Of a stretch of DNA of 64,000 nt, positions 35,791 to 50,347 are shown in pieces. Source of the stretch: Setoptus koraiensis (taxonomy: Eukaryota; Animalia; Arthropoda). Location of the stretch: contig CM106586.1 of the NCBI GenBank assembly GCA_048013815.1, positions 15,314,001-15,378,000 on the forward strand. Direction: 5' to 3'. Under the pieces are notes generated by a model. That model saw only the letters and a program-made list of their open reading frames with translations, ran no database searches and was not told the origin of the DNA. Every line of letters starts with the position of its first letter. Position 1 is the stretch's first letter. The position numbers and the translations under genes were made by a program.

Positions 35791-36799
35791 CTGAATGAAT
35801 CAATCAATCGATGGATGATTGAATGTATGAATCAATCGATGGATGATTGAATGAATGAATCAATGAGAAGGAACAAATGAAAGCGAAACAGAATAATTAA
35901 TATCCGTATAATTTAATTAGGTTTCTGATTAATTTTGATTAAGTTAGTTATTGGCCAGTGGTGGGCCGCTGGTGTCACAGCCGCCACGCAAACAGTTGCC
36001 GAAAACAGTTGCCGCAAACAGTTGCATGCCGTAGAGCAAAATTGAAATTGAGCGAAACATTAAATAAACTCGTTATGACTTGTGACTCAAATAATACCTA
36101 ATAATAATAAAATAACCGGCCGACAAGATAAAATAAATAAATATTTATTATTTGTTTGTGTGCAATTAGACGCATCGACTAATCAATTGATCCAATCAAA
36201 CTGGCATCAAATGGCCGATGCTCATCATCGGTGCCGCTCAGCTAACGATGATTGATTGGCCAATTGGATTACATCATCCATCCGCTAGTATATTCTATTA
36301 TTATCATATTATGATAATTGAGACACACAAACAAACAAACAAACTGGCCAGCGCAACAACTACCTGTTAGCGTTAGCAAGTGGCCCTTTTAATTGAGACA
36401 GTCATCACAAGTTGTGACTGTGGCTTGCATTGCGCCAACAGCTGACCGGCCGTATCTCGTTTTGAGACACTTGATTGAGTGCGGACAATGTCCGCAGAAG
36501 GCGCCAGTTTCGCCGCCGTTCGGACGGGCCGGTTGCCGCCATGTGTGTGAGGGCGAATGAATAGCGTCCCGCGATTGCAAACTCATTATGCGATCGGCGC
36601 AAAGACGCCAAATCAATCATGGATCACGCCGAATTGAATGCGACGGCGAGCCGCTTGCCGATTGTCAAGCCCAGTCTGGTCAAGCTTGGCCGACATGACG
36701 ACGAAAGGATAAAGGTTTCTAATTAACGGAAAAATGAAAACGCAAAAGGCGAGCGGGCCATCAATTCTCGCTGACCGCACTCGGGCCGATTCGCGGCGC

Positions 36800-36920
36800 G
36801 ACACAAGTGGCGAGCAGTGGCGAGCAGCGGATAAAAGTGGCGAGCAGCGGACAAAAGTGGCGAGCAGTGGAGAAAAGTGGAGAAAAGAGGAGAAAAGTGG
36901 AGAAAAGTGGAGAAAAGAGG
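36800..36920. repeat. Degenerate 10-bp tandem array (AGTGGCGAGC / AGTGGAGAAA)
   Basis: Read directly. Confidence 0.8.
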
Positions 36921-37526
36921 AGACAGGCAACGAGACGGAAAAAGCGGCCTGTCAGCGAACTACCGCCGGCCATGTCCGGTAATTAATAATAATAACGGCC
37001 GCGCTGTGTTTATTGTTAATTATGGCCCCGGGCGCGCCGGGCGCATTGAATATCGCCCATCCGGTTGGATACAAATCACTTGGCGTTCGAGTGGCACTAA
37101 AAGGCGAAATAATTATTTGAGCGTCTAATCCATCAGTGGCCAATTCGGCGATTTGGCCGGTGCATTAGCATTGGCCAAATCGCTAATATTAATATTACCG
37201 TTACCGTATCGCTATTGCCTCTGATACTCGCTTGGCAAACGCATGCCACGCAACTGCCAATATCAACAGCCGTTGCGTTGCTTAATTAACTGGTGCCATC
37301 AGCTTGCACCTCGGGTCATGATTGATAGCGACGTAAGAGCCGAGGTGATAACTTTCGCCCATGAACGAGCCTCCATCGCACCGAGCCCATCAACGAGCCA
37401 TCAACAGCAAACAACAATAAACGCTAATCAGCCGGCCCGGCCCGGTCCGGTCCGGCCCGGCCGACGGGCTATCGTGCGCGAAACTAACCGCCGTCACAAC
37501 GGAAATTAGCCGGCCGCCAGACTTAC

Positions 37527-37697
37527 GCTGCACGCCAGATTAATCGATTGCGCCGGCGAGCAATCGCGGACGCGCAACTTCAAAATTGGTGGCCAGATTG
37601 CAGCAATTTGTTTCGTTACGTCTGGCACCACTGTTCGTTGTATCCCTGTTACGTAATTCATGATATGTATCGGCTTACGCTTGCCGACTGACGCCAT
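37527..37697 (-). CDS. Candidate first coding exon of the giant membrane gene
   Basis: ATG at 37697, 57 open codons (MASVGKRKPIHIMNYVTG...INLACS), ending at a phase-0 GTAAGT donor compatible with the phase-0 acceptor at 35790. No homology support; purely a splice-compatibility inference. Confidence 0.3.
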
Positions 37698-37955
37698 CAC
37701 ACCGGAACTGGCGGCGCCCTAATCCCGTTGCTGGCGGCTGTGTCGGGATTTGTCACCGAGCGCAAACACAGTTTGAAGTTGGGATTAACCGCTCAGCACC
37801 GAATAGGCTCGCCAGAGATTCGCTGAGCCGCTCAGAAAGAACGAGAATGCGAGCAAGTATCGATTGGGCCGCGAACTGTCGCCATTCGAGTCGCCTCTGC
37901 CCAGTCCGCGAATTTTTCGGCTGTTTTCTTTGCCCGACGGCGCACCGGAGAAATG

Positions 37956-38056
37956 CGCCGAAAAATGCCGAAAAATGCCGGAAAACGCCGAAAACGCCGA
38001 AAAATGCCGAAAAACGCCGAAAACGCCGAAAAATGCCGAAAAATGCCGAAAAATGC
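37956..38056. repeat. 9-10-bp tandem array (GCCGAAAAAT / GCCGAAAAC)
   Basis: Read directly; explains the overlapping FSAFFG / KNAEK ORFs. Confidence 0.9.
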
Positions 38057-38125
38057 TCGCGCCGGCCGCAGCCAGATGCGGTTGCGGTCGGCGATGTGTC
38101 CGGCGCGTCCATCGTCGAGCATCAA

Positions 38126-38157
<32 letters not shown>

Positions 38158-40115
38158 ACAAAAACAGCAACAACAACAACAGCGGGAGTGTGGTGAGCGA
38201 TAAATGGCCAGAGCAACAGTGTTGCCGGCGAGTGTCACGACTCGCCGCTGCCGCTGACCAGTGCGATAGAGGATCGAGCCAGCGAAATGAATGAGCGAGC
38301 TAAATAAATGAGCGAGCTTGCCAACGACGACAACTCGCCCGTGTCATGGAGCCGGCCGATAGTTTCGGATGGTTTCGAACAGTTTCGGCCAGTTGTGGAT
38401 AGTTTCGGCCAGTTTCGGATAACTTCGGATAGCTGCAGATGGGGGCAGGTCGACGTGAGTGATTGCAAACACTGCCGGTATTATTGATAGAAGATATTTT
38501 CTACTGCTATCATTATTATACCCGTGTTGCAACATTTGCTCGCTCGCTTGCCATTTTTTCTCTGTGTCCATCCATTTAATCGTGCTGCGTGTCTCTTCCG
38601 CAAATTGTGGTTCTTCTTCTCACTCGCTGGCTCTGTTGGGCAGAGCGTTGTCTGTTGTTAGCGCTGCGACCAATTGCGCAAAAACTCTACAGGTAACTCG
38701 ACAAACAAACAAACAAACGAACGACGGACGGACGGACGGACCGACTGACAGACAACAACAGGTAACATCGAGTATCAAATATCAGCTGTATTAGTTAGTC
38801 TTAGTTAGTGTGTGTGTGTGCAGTTAAGTGTTAAAAAAGTGTTTGTATTTGTGTCAGTTGGCCGAAAATTGTTTTTCTCTACATCTCAGGTGACCAGAGT
38901 TTTGCCAGAGTTTTGCCAGTGTGTGTGTGTGTCAGTGGTCAGTCATGAGACACAGCGAGCTCATTACGCAACAACAAACAAGATGCAAGCTGAAACAAAG
39001 TTCTCTTGTCGCTGGCGTTGTTGTTGTTGTCGCTGTTGTTGTCGCTGTTGTCGCTGTTGCTGTTGTATCGGCTGCTCAGGTAATCACCGTGGAGACGGGC
39101 AACATTTACACCTTTCCCTGGTGGGAGCTTGCGCAAGCGCGGTGAGCCCGATGGCGAGCCAATTGTCGTGGCGATGGTGGTCGCAAATCGACGGCCCATT
39201 CAACTAGATGATCTCGCTTGTTGCGCTGCCCGCAACTGCATGTAACTGACCAGCGCCTAACTGCAAACCAACTGACCGGAGGCCAACGGCAAAATAACGG
39301 CAAAGTAACTGCAAAATGCAACTCGCCCTTAATGCGACTACTAACTATTGCCTATTACAAGCAATTTGGGCGCCACAACCAATTTGGCACTCTCATTAAC
39401 CACTCACACATTTGCCGGACAGTGGGGGCACTTTGCACAAAAACCCGTTGGCACCGTTCTCAACTTTGACAGTCTCAAACCAGAGCAGCGCCGTCGCCAA
39501 TGGTCAGTCGCTGCTAATTGGTTTGCCGTCGGTTGCTGCTGGCAACCACAAACACCTTGCTCACCTTGCTCGACACGGACACTAATGAAAACATTGAGTG
39601 GTCAAGCGCTCCAGTGATACAGTCTAACAAACACTGTGCGTGTGTGTGTGTGTGTGTGTGTAACAAGCACTCACGTTGCGCAACAAGCACTCATGTTGCG
39701 TAACAAACACTCATGTAATGTCATGAGTCATGTTGCGCAACACACGGCCACTGGACACTTGTGTGTCTGTAAACAATGTCGTTACACACACACATTGCAG
39801 CCGATAATAAAAACAATAATTATAGGCGTTGATTGTTTGTTGGCGCTCTCTGTGACTCGCCATGCAAAGTGGCAGCAGTTGGCCTGGCGAGCCCTGCGAC
39901 AACTCAATCGAAACTGCGATTCGGCCAAGTGAAAGCACTGATTTGAGTCGTCGCCACGACGCATTATGACGCAATGGTATCAATGATGCAATTATTGATG
40001 CTGTTACTATTGGCCGTTATTATTATTAGCTGGCACTGGCGTCGTTATTGTCACTATTGTCAGTGCAGTTACAGGTGCACTCTGACAACAGTGACCGCAA
40101 CCACAGCCGTTGCAA

Positions 40116-40205
40116 CTCTTACGTAATCGCCTCTTACGTAATCGGCTGTTACACAATCGGCTGTTGTGAAATCGGCTGTTGCGAAATCGGCTGTTACGAA
40201 ATTGG
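40116..40205. repeat. 15-bp tandem array x6 (CTSTTACGTAATCGG variants)
   Basis: Units start at 40116, 40131, 40146, 40161, 40176 and 40191. Confidence 0.92.
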
Positions 40206-43200
40206 CTGCTATGGATTCGCCCGTGTGATCGGCGGCCACGATTGCGCAATGCGCGACTTGCGAGTCTTCGTGCTGAATGCATTGTTGCGCAATGTTTATT
40301 TATACGATTCGCCAGAGCAGAATCCATAATTAACTGCTGCTGACACACGCCAGCGATAGCGACAGCGACATTGCGCTCTTGACACCTCGGCCTCACCTGG
40401 CGGCCACACTGACCTCGCGAGGCGTGTGTGTGTGTTGTTGTTGCTGTTGTTGTTGTTATTGTCGGTGTTGTTGTTGTCGTCGGTGTTGTTGTTGTTGTCG
40501 GCGAGCAAATGTATTGGTCACAGGCGCTTGTCAGACGCTCAAACAATCGGCATGCGCATATCGATTGCAGCGGTGGCATCAATGCTGCATCAAGTCACCT
40601 GTGCAAATCAACAGGTGAGAGAGCCGGCCAATTACATGGTCGGCGGGCATGAGTTTGCGGCCAGACTCTGGCCGCCAGAGTGAGAAGCGTCCGTCTTCGG
40701 CAATAGCATTTTCGTCTCTAAAATGGAGCCTGCCCAGCGGAGAGGAGAAACAGGGTCACACAACATGAATACGGCGTGATTGTTGTCAGCACCCAACAAT
40801 TGAAATAAGCGCCTCGACAATGCACGCTGACCAGTGGTCACCGGTCAATGGTGACCTATGTGTGTGTGTGTGTGTGTGTGTTTGTTTGGCATCACTGTCT
40901 GCTCACTTTGGTCGGCTCACACTGTTTGCGCCGACCAAAGTATCAAATGTTTTGCGAGTATTTATGTGTTTTTGTTTGTGTCTTATGCGCTGTTGCATGT
41001 GTACATTACGTAAGCGGCGCAACGGTCCATTAACTTGCGGCGCCCGTAACTTGCGGCCCATTGAATATTAATTTGCATAATGGCCTTGCTCACTATTCTG
41101 CGGGGCTATTCTGCTATTTTGGTCTCGGGTCACACATTGTGTCCTCCGTTGCATAACGGAGTTGCGCAACATGCGTCGTCTCACACAAACAACTGTCTGC
41201 GTAACAGACAGTCTGTTTGTTCGTGTGTCGATGGTCAGCCGATCGGCGGTTACATAATCGGCGCCAACGGTCGCCGATTGTGTTGCCGCCAATCATCGTC
41301 ACCGTTCAATTGGCGCTGCCTGCACAACTTGTGAGTCACAAGTCACTTTACCTTGTCAGTGGCCGCTGGCGAGTGGCGACACCGCCGAGTTTATTTATAA
41401 CGTCGCTTTATTTATAATGTGTGTGTATTTGTTGCGCAACTTGCTATTTGTGCCATTTGCAATTTGTTGGCTCGGTGACTTATCGCGGATTTAGCCGGCA
41501 TTTGCTCAGCGCTCACAAGCCGGCGCTCGCCGGCGCTCGTCGATGCTCGCCGATACTCGCCAGTAACGCAGTGTCAAGTGTGCTTACGTAAGCGCCGCCG
41601 TTTTATTAGGCCATTGTGCGATTGTGTGTGTGTGTGTGTGTGTGTGTCGCCATAAAAAGTGTTAGTTAACGGTTAGCGGTCAGTTAGCGTGTGACGCAAC
41701 GATGCGCCGACTCGGTGACGCAACGGCGACCACGGCCACAACTTGACGGACGATTGTTTGAGATTGCGCAACATTGTGCGAGGTTTTTCAGGATTGTGCA
41801 AGATTTTCTGCGATTGTGCGAGCTTGCCGAGGCCAACTCTTGCCTGACTCGCGCGATGCCGACGACACTGTTGCGTCCAGTGGCGGTGGTTGCCGTTTGC
41901 CGGCTTGTGTCGTGTTGTGTCGTGTCGTGTGCGATACCGGCGCCAACGCAAACAATCCGACGCAATGGCTGTCAGTGTGTGAGTAAGCCGCCGTTTGCAG
42001 CTTGTATCATGACACACAAACAAAAGCCAGCAAAAGTGTCTACAAATATCGCGCCAAGTGTTACGTCACTGTTGGCCATAAAATATTGTAACTGTTAAGT
42101 GTAAGTTATTGCCACTTGCTGTCGATTGTTTGCCCGTCGGCCGGCCTCGGCTCTTGCGGCGCGGCTCTCGGCGCGGCTCCCGGCGCGTCGATTGGTTTTA
42201 TCGCCTCGATAAAGCTGCCCAGATAAATGGTTGCGCAACCGTTGCGCCGTCAACTGGCCACGGTTGCGTAACCGGCGCCCGAAACAAAACAAGATTAGCG
42301 AGCCGGCCAATAGCCGATGAGCGCTGGCATCGGTGAGCGATGAGCCGATGCGACGCGCAGCGGCCAATCGAAAGCGACCGATAAACTGCCGAGCGGCCGT
42401 CGGACCGCCCGACCGACCGACCGACCGACCAACGGCGCAACCACCGACGCGACCGGCGGCGCAACCAGCGGTCCGGCGAAACCGCCAATTGGTGCCGCGG
42501 GCCGGCGCGCCGAACAGCACGGCGAGGCGGCGCGCCGGACGGCGCGGCGAGACGAGACGAAGCGCCGAGACCAGGCCAACAATAACGCACACAGGCAATA
42601 GTAATAATAATATTGACGATAATGGTCATTCTGTTAATGGCCATTATGCGCTCGGCCGGCAGCGGGCAACGGAACTCATGAATTGGCGAGAACGGCGACG
42701 ACAACAACAAAAGCAATATGTAAATTATATTCGCCGGAGCGCCGCTCTGGGCGGCCCATCGGCGATCTATCGGCCGGCCAGCGGCACCGCTGCGGCGATC
42801 CGCAGTGCGGCCTGTAGCTGGCCCGAGCGAGCCGAGCGGCTAAAAATAAACAACAATATCCGATTTACGATCTCTGCAATTTGGCGGCGTTGTTGGCATG
42901 TTGCCGATTGGCCGTTTGCCGCGGTAACGGTTCGCGTCGCCCGACTCTGACGGCTAGTTGGCACCGCTCATTTCATGCGACTCTCGCACATTTCATGCGG
43001 CTCTCACATTTCATGCGGCTCTCACATTTCATGCCGCCATGCCGAGCTGACGCCGGGCCGGTCAGCGCCGGCCCGGCCGGCGCACGCCGAAGAGGGGCAG
43101 CCGCGGCGCAACAGGTGAGACGGACGGCGCCGAGACGGCGCAGGTGACAATGAACGGACGCCGGTGAGCGAAAGCGAGAGCCGGACCGGGCAACGGCGAG

Positions 43201-45260
43201 CGAGCAGCACGATATTTTGTGTTGTGTTGCGAGCTTGCCAACGCCAACGAATTGCGCAATTGTCCATCTATCCGTCTGTCCGTCTGTCTGTGCGACTGGA
43301 CGCAGTGACCGGCGACTTGGCCGGTCGCCGTGTTGACAAGCTCGCAGCTCAGCTTGCCAACGACGACGACGACGACGACGACGGCGAGCGCAAATAACGA
43401 GACACACGATAAACATTGGCCAAGCGCTAACAAGGCGAGCAGCGGGTGGCCGCAGTTGCGTCACTTGCGCCGGTCGCTGTCGGCCGGTCGCTGTTGCGCA
43501 ACAGCGGCGCTCAACAGCGGCGCTCAACAACGGCGCGTCTCGTTGCAAAATTTGGCAAGACTGTGTGTCTAGTATCGTCGCAGTGCTATGAGGCTCGTAG
43601 TATGAGCAGTGTGTGTGTGTTGCAAATTGGCATGGCGGCGCGATTGGACAGGTGATGTTGGCGGCATCAAGTTGCGCAACAAGCCGAACAAGCGGCCGGC
43701 GCGGCTCGAGCCACAACAAGCTCGGCGCGATGCGGCCACTTGCTCCGTTTGGCGGCGTTGTGAGCGCCATTTGGCCAACGGCCGATCAATGAACCGTTGT
43801 GAGCGAGTTGCGCAATCAACGCCGGTTACGCAATTGCGGGCATAACGCGAGTCAACGACGCGATAACAACAAGTGACGAGACCATGCCAACAAGCGCAAA
43901 CGATGATACAAAACAACGCGACGGGCGGTCCCCGACTCTCGCTCTCCGTTCGCGATCCATACGCAAATGCGAGAGTTTGTTGTGCGTATTCACATGTGAA
44001 TATACTCGCATTTGGCGTGTGGATACACGGCGTTTGGCGTGTGGATGCTCGCCGTTTGACGTGTGGATACTCACATTGAGTGTGGATTTGAATGGGCGCA
44101 TCGTCGGAGCTCGGTGTGAGCGATGCGCAATCGTTTTGCAATCATATCGCCTAGCCCATTGTGACTCACCTGTCGGCGCGCTTGCATGGTGACGCGGCTG
44201 CAAGCGCCGAAACATTTACCTGTTGCCGGCGAGCCAGCGAGAGCCAGCAGCTAACGGCATCGCAACAGGTGAGTGTTGTTGCGTAACAGTGTCAGTTGAA
44301 TCGGTTGACGGCAATCAGCTCAACAATCAGCTCGACAATCAGCGGATAACTCTCTAAATAGACGAGAGATGCGCACACTGCAACAACAAGTGCACACATA
44401 GTTATGTAAGTGCCTCAGAGAGAGATTCATTCAAAACAAACTGTAAGCAAATTACCGTGAGTGGGCACGAACGAACGACAAAGAGATACGAACAACAAAT
44501 GAAAAGTGTAACAACAAGTGTTCGTGAGAGCGCAACACTTGTTGCGCTGTTGGCCACTTGTTGCAACAGCACACACACACTGTTGTCGGCGGCCGCAACA
44601 GCGTCGCAGCGGCCGTTACGTAACATGCGACTTGTTGCTTTTTGTTCGTCTCGAACAGCAACAGTTCTCTTCATTATTAATCATTTCATTATGAGATATT
44701 TAATTTGTGCCATCTCTCGCGCATTATTAATAGCAATTCCGATCACTAATTGCGACTCTCTCTCTCTCTGCAGGGCAAACGCACCACGCAACGCAGCGCA
44801 GCGCAACCGCATTACGCAACGCAAACAACTAATATTAATAATACAGTCACAATCAAGTAACGGCCGCTTCCGTCAGCGACGGTGTGCGGTCAACGCGCCG
44901 ACTCACCTGTATCATACAGGCTGTATGCGATGTTATGACAGCAATTCTCAACCGTGCAACCAGTCAACTCTGACAGTTGGCCCAGCTGACCCGAACTGAC
45001 CGGCTCACGCTTGCTGATGCTCAGCAATGCTGATTGCATGAGATGCTCAGCTGATTCTGACAGTGCCAGGGATCCTCCGCGGTCAGCTGATTGCTGGCCA
45101 ACAGTTGCAACGATCGGCGTGTTACAACAGCGTCTACACACCTTGTAGTGGCTTCGAAATCGACAAATACCGTTATGCGTCCACCAGCGTCCATTGGCCA
45201 GTAGCTGACATGCAATGCAATGTTCATAACAGACACATGTTACATAACTTCTGTAGCATA

Positions 45261-45330
45261 AGTTATGCAACATTAGTTGTGTAACATTAGTTATGTAACA
45301 TTAGTTATGTAACATTAGTTATGTAACACA
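45261..45330. repeat. 14-bp tandem array x5 (AGTTATGTAACATT)
   Basis: Read directly. Confidence 0.92.
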
Positions 45331-48300
45331 ACAATGTAAACAACACGGCCCGCCGTTGAGGACAAATCGATGCATTGCATGCCGCCAATCAGTGCTGTCA
45401 CTTGTCGGTCACTAGCGGTCAGCGGTGTCGCAAGTCGCGACTGACAGTTGCGAGAGCCATCGAAAATGTCGCAATTTGCAACTGACCATCGCGAGACTCG
45501 TCAAAAGTGTCGCAAGACTGCCGATGATCGCAAGTGTCAACGGCGAGCCAAGCTGTGGTTTGCACCGGCAGTCAGTGTTGAGCTTGCAGTGACATTAGTA
45601 GCTCACTAGTGCTCATTAGTGGTCCGGTAAGGCACACAGGTGATGGTCAGATCGGTACAGCGCGCTGGCCGGACGCGGACGCAGTGGCCAGATGAAATTT
45701 GTGACAAATTTGAGCAAATAAAACAAGTGGCGCCGATGCGGATATGGCCACAACAAATAACGACCGCCAATGAGATGCGCGCGATGCCGAAATTATTATG
45801 CCATTGGCTGGACATAATAATTTAATTAATTTAATTTGATAATTTCGAATCTGAATTGTCGATTGGTGGATTTTTGAGTGCGCATCGCATAGCTTACGAC
45901 TCGTAAGTTACGAGTCATAAGTTGTGAGTCGCGTAAGCCGCAAACTGTTGCAGGCTGAATCAATAATTAACAATTTATTATCATCGGCAGTTTGATTGCG
46001 CAATCTTATACCATAGATGAGTTATCTGTGAGATAACTGCCACTCATCACTAACAGTCTGTCGCGCTGTCGTCTGGTCCAGCTGTTCCAGTGACAGTTGT
46101 GACAGCTGAGACAGTTGTGACAGTTGTGACAGTTGTCGATTGTGACGCTGACCAGCGCCGTTGACCGAAACGGCGACCGGGATGACGACCGAAGCGGCCG
46201 TTGCGCGGCCATAACAGCTGAGTGACGACCGAACGACGACTGATAATGGCTGACTAATGGCTGACTAATGACTGACCACAGACTGATGACTGACCACAGA
46301 CTGATGACTGACCACTGACTGTATGCTTGCCAAGTAAACCCAGCAAACATGCCGGCAGCGATGCGGACCGCATCGCGGCGGGCCGGCGACAATTGCGAGC
46401 GCCAGTGTCGGCGATTGCGAGTGTCGGCGACTGCGGGCACAAGTTTCGACAAGCGCGAGCGCAAGTTCCGATAATCGCAGCGCAAGTGATCGCGGCAGCG
46501 GGACCCGCAGTGAAGAGTCGCCACTCGATTCGAGTGACTCGAGAGCCGGCAAACATGAGATTGATTTTAGTGGCTAATTAGTTTGTGTGTGATCGCGCTC
46601 GAGCTAATTAATAAAACAAGCACAAACAACGGCCGGCCGGTCGTGATCGTTGTTGTTGTTGTGCCATAACAGTTACGGCCGGTCGTGGCGAATCTGCAAG
46701 CGCGTTATTCACCTGTCCTGGCAACAAGTGCGACAACAAGTTTGGCCGTTGTTGTTGTCGCTGTCGCTGGAGCTGTTGTTGTCGCTGTCGCAACGGCAAC
46801 GACGCCGGCCAACGCATGCGGCTGGACGGGCGACATAACGGTAATATAATAATGATGGCACAATTGCACTTATCATAAGTTATCATGATAAATCAATGAT
46901 AAATCGTTGATCTAGCCAGAGAGACGTTGCCAGTCGGCGGCGCCGACCAGCCTGCCAGCCAGCCAGCGAGCTTGATTGGCCAGCGAGATAATGATTAATT
47001 TATTCCAAATTTGTTTATATGCCGTGTTGTTATCTTTATGCAAAAATTAATCACCTTTTCCGATGCGCTCGCATTTGTTCTGACCGGCCGGCTAACAGTG
47101 CAAGTAGTGCAATGTGTGCAGTATTTATGGATTATTAGCCACCGCTTGCATACAAACAAACGCATTGCCGGTCAATGACTGTCTTGTTGTTTGCTCTGCT
47201 TGCCGCCGTGCGTTTGCGTTTTGTATTATGCGGCCAGCTAACGGAATTGGCCGTTGCACTAACTAACTCGGCGCGCAACAACAACAAGGCCGCCATTATG
47301 TAACGGCGTCGCTCGGTGCATCAATCGGCGCCGTTACATAATAGACATACTACAAGTGTGTGCCGTCGTTGTTGCCGTCGCTGTTGCCGTCGCTGTTGCC
47401 GTTTTTGTTGCCGTCGCCCCTTTGCGAGCCGTCGCCAGCCTCGCGAGCCGTCGCGAGCCATTGAACAAGTGGCGCCACTGGAGCAGAGACGATCGCCAGA
47501 TTGGTCCAAATTGGGCCAATCTGGCGAGCTCGGCCGAGCCGACGCAACAGTGAGCGCCGGGCAATCAGTGCTCATGGCGCAATCAAGTGGCTGTCCCATC
47601 ACTGGCATCACCCAGCAAATTGGCCCTTATTACTGCTAATATTACAGCCACTATTACGGCTGATATTACAGCTAATATTGCAGCCAATATTACGGCTGAT
47701 ACTAGGGCTGATATCGCTGCTATTATGGCGCCCAATTGCAGCCCAAAGCCGCCCGATTTTCCAACATCTTCAGCCGGCCCGATGGCTAACGACTCGTCAC
47801 AGTAACGAGCGCCATCGGGCCGGCTCGTCGCGCTCGGCTTACCTTGATTGGCCGGCCCGATCAAGTACGGTCTGGCCGCCATTTATAGAGTGCGGCGCAT
47901 TAGCCGAAATCAGCGTTTCACTCAAATGGCTATCAAATCAAACCGCACAGCCATGCAACAAACAAGTTAATTAATTTTATGCCGCATTAATTTTATCCGT
48001 TGTTTGTTGCGCTACCGCTTGGATGCGCTGCTCGCCAACAACACCATCACCTGTGCCGACCTGTGTCACAGATAGGCGCGCAAACGCACGCCAAGCGAGC
48101 TGCCGTTACCTGTGCGCAGCGCCGGCGCTGCGCACAGGTAACGAGCAGGGCAACGAGCGAGAGCGCCCACGCATGTGTCCGTGTTGGCGGGTGGCGCGTT
48201 TTGACGTCTCAATCTTGTTTTGGCGTCGGCGTTTGCGTGGCCGACCGAAAATTGAATAAATAGATAAATATTTGCGAATAAAAACGGACCAAAAATGAAC

Positions 48301-50316
48301 GGATTTTCACTCTGCGGCGACTCTACGGCAACGAGCGGCAACCCGGCGGCAACCGCGGGCCGGATTAGCGCTACCCGCTGATGGATCGATCGGTGCCATG
48401 CGCTCCCGTTATCAATTATGGATCGATCAGATTAACAAGATGGCATGTGCCACCGTTATCTGTGCGCACCATCTCAGCTCCGATTGGCCGACAGCGCGCC
48501 CGACAGAATCACACACAACTGACAGAATTAACTCGCTCTAATCTGACACATCTGACTCGCCTGACACACCGACGCCGGCAACAACAGCAACAACAGCTGA
48601 CTGTCAATCGCATTATGTAATCGATTGCATTATGTAATTATTTGATTTGTTTGTGTGCATGGGGCGGCTCGCATGACACATTGAAGTGCGCTGTTGTGCC
48701 GCTACAACTAGTTGTAACTTACAAGTTGTGCCGCTACAACTTGTAACTTACAAGTTGCGCAACGGCACAAAAGCAGCCGACCAACGCACAGCGCTGCCAA
48801 ACTGCGATTGGCATCGAGGGCCCAATCAATACCAAATGTCAAACGAACATCAGCTGTGCAAAGTGACAGTCGCAAGTTCATGAGTCAACAGGTGACTGCG
48901 AGCAACTGCATGTCAATATGATATGAGCAATTACACAGCCGACACAGCCGACACAGCCGTTGACTCATGACTTGCGAGTCATAAGTCACCGGCTTGCGCT
49001 GTTGCGTTCAACGCAATGCGTTGCGGCCGCACAGGTGAGCCCATTGACAAAGTTAAAATGGCCGTTTATTTACATTTTGCAACAATTTTGTGTATGCAAC
49101 AACAATAATGAAACACACACACACACAAAATTCGCTCTTCGATTCTTTGCGCAACCAATCGTGCGAACGTCAATGCTTGTTCATGCCAACGATTGGCGCC
49201 AATTCGACAATTCGAAGCCGGCCGGCCGGCTTCGAATTGTCGAATTGTCGGATTCGCGAATTGTCCGATTGACGAGATTGCGCAACTGTCGGCCAACTGC
49301 CGGCCACAGCATCAGCGAGCGAGATGCTCGCACCAGCAACAACGGCCGGCCAATCACAACAATGGCCAGCGCGGTCGTGCGAACCGGCGCCAGTTTCCAC
49401 AATGGAGTCTGTCGTTTATTTTGAGCTAATCAGGCCAGCTTTGCTAACACGACCGTATGTCAACACTGACACTGGCTCCATTGATAGCTGTCTAGCCAGC
49501 TCACAAGTTTGTTGTCGGTGGCGCGGTGCGCGAGAACGCGAAGCGAAAACGGGGGCCGGCAATAATTATCTCTCTCGTTGTGCAGGCATCTTGTGTTCGT
49601 TTTGGCGGCCACTGTGGCCAAAACAAACACACATACCAACAGAATAACTTTTCTCGAGCTCGCAACGACACACTCGCTGCGCACAATTGCTCACCTGAGC
49701 GAACCGCTCACCTGAGCGAACGTTTGTTCGCGAACGTTCCAAGTGACCAGTTCGAAGGCGCGCACAAACACATCGCTCAAAACGGCAATGTTTTGGCCAA
49801 TGTCGGCCAATCAGCGGCTCGGTCGGCATTGGCCGAACGGCACTGAATGCGCTCAATGGCACAGGGGGCAGAATATTCTAATTAACTCGCAACCTGGCCG
49901 TCGTACGTGGGCCAACCGGCACCGGTGAACTTGAATTGGCCGCTCCACTCGAGAGCTATTTATCGATGAATATCGCTAAATAGCCCGTCGGCCCGACAAT
50001 GGACGACAGTGCACGACAATGGACGACAGCGGACGGCAGCGGACGACAGCGGACGACAATGAGCGGCCACGAACGACCGTGAATACCGTCGGGCCGACAT
50101 TGAGCCGACATCAGGATCCACTCAATCATATTCTGTGGTGTGGTGGCGTGAGCGTGCCTTGTGCGAGGGCGCCCCAAAATGGTGCTCGCACTGGCCGTTG
50201 TCGTGTGCCGACCGGCCGATTGTCGGGCCGTCTCATTTGGGTCTCATTTACTAAATACTGTTTAGTATTTTTTCATTTTAGTTTTGTCGGCGTGCCAGCA
50301 TTTAGCGCACATTTAG

Positions 50317-50347
<31 letters not shown>

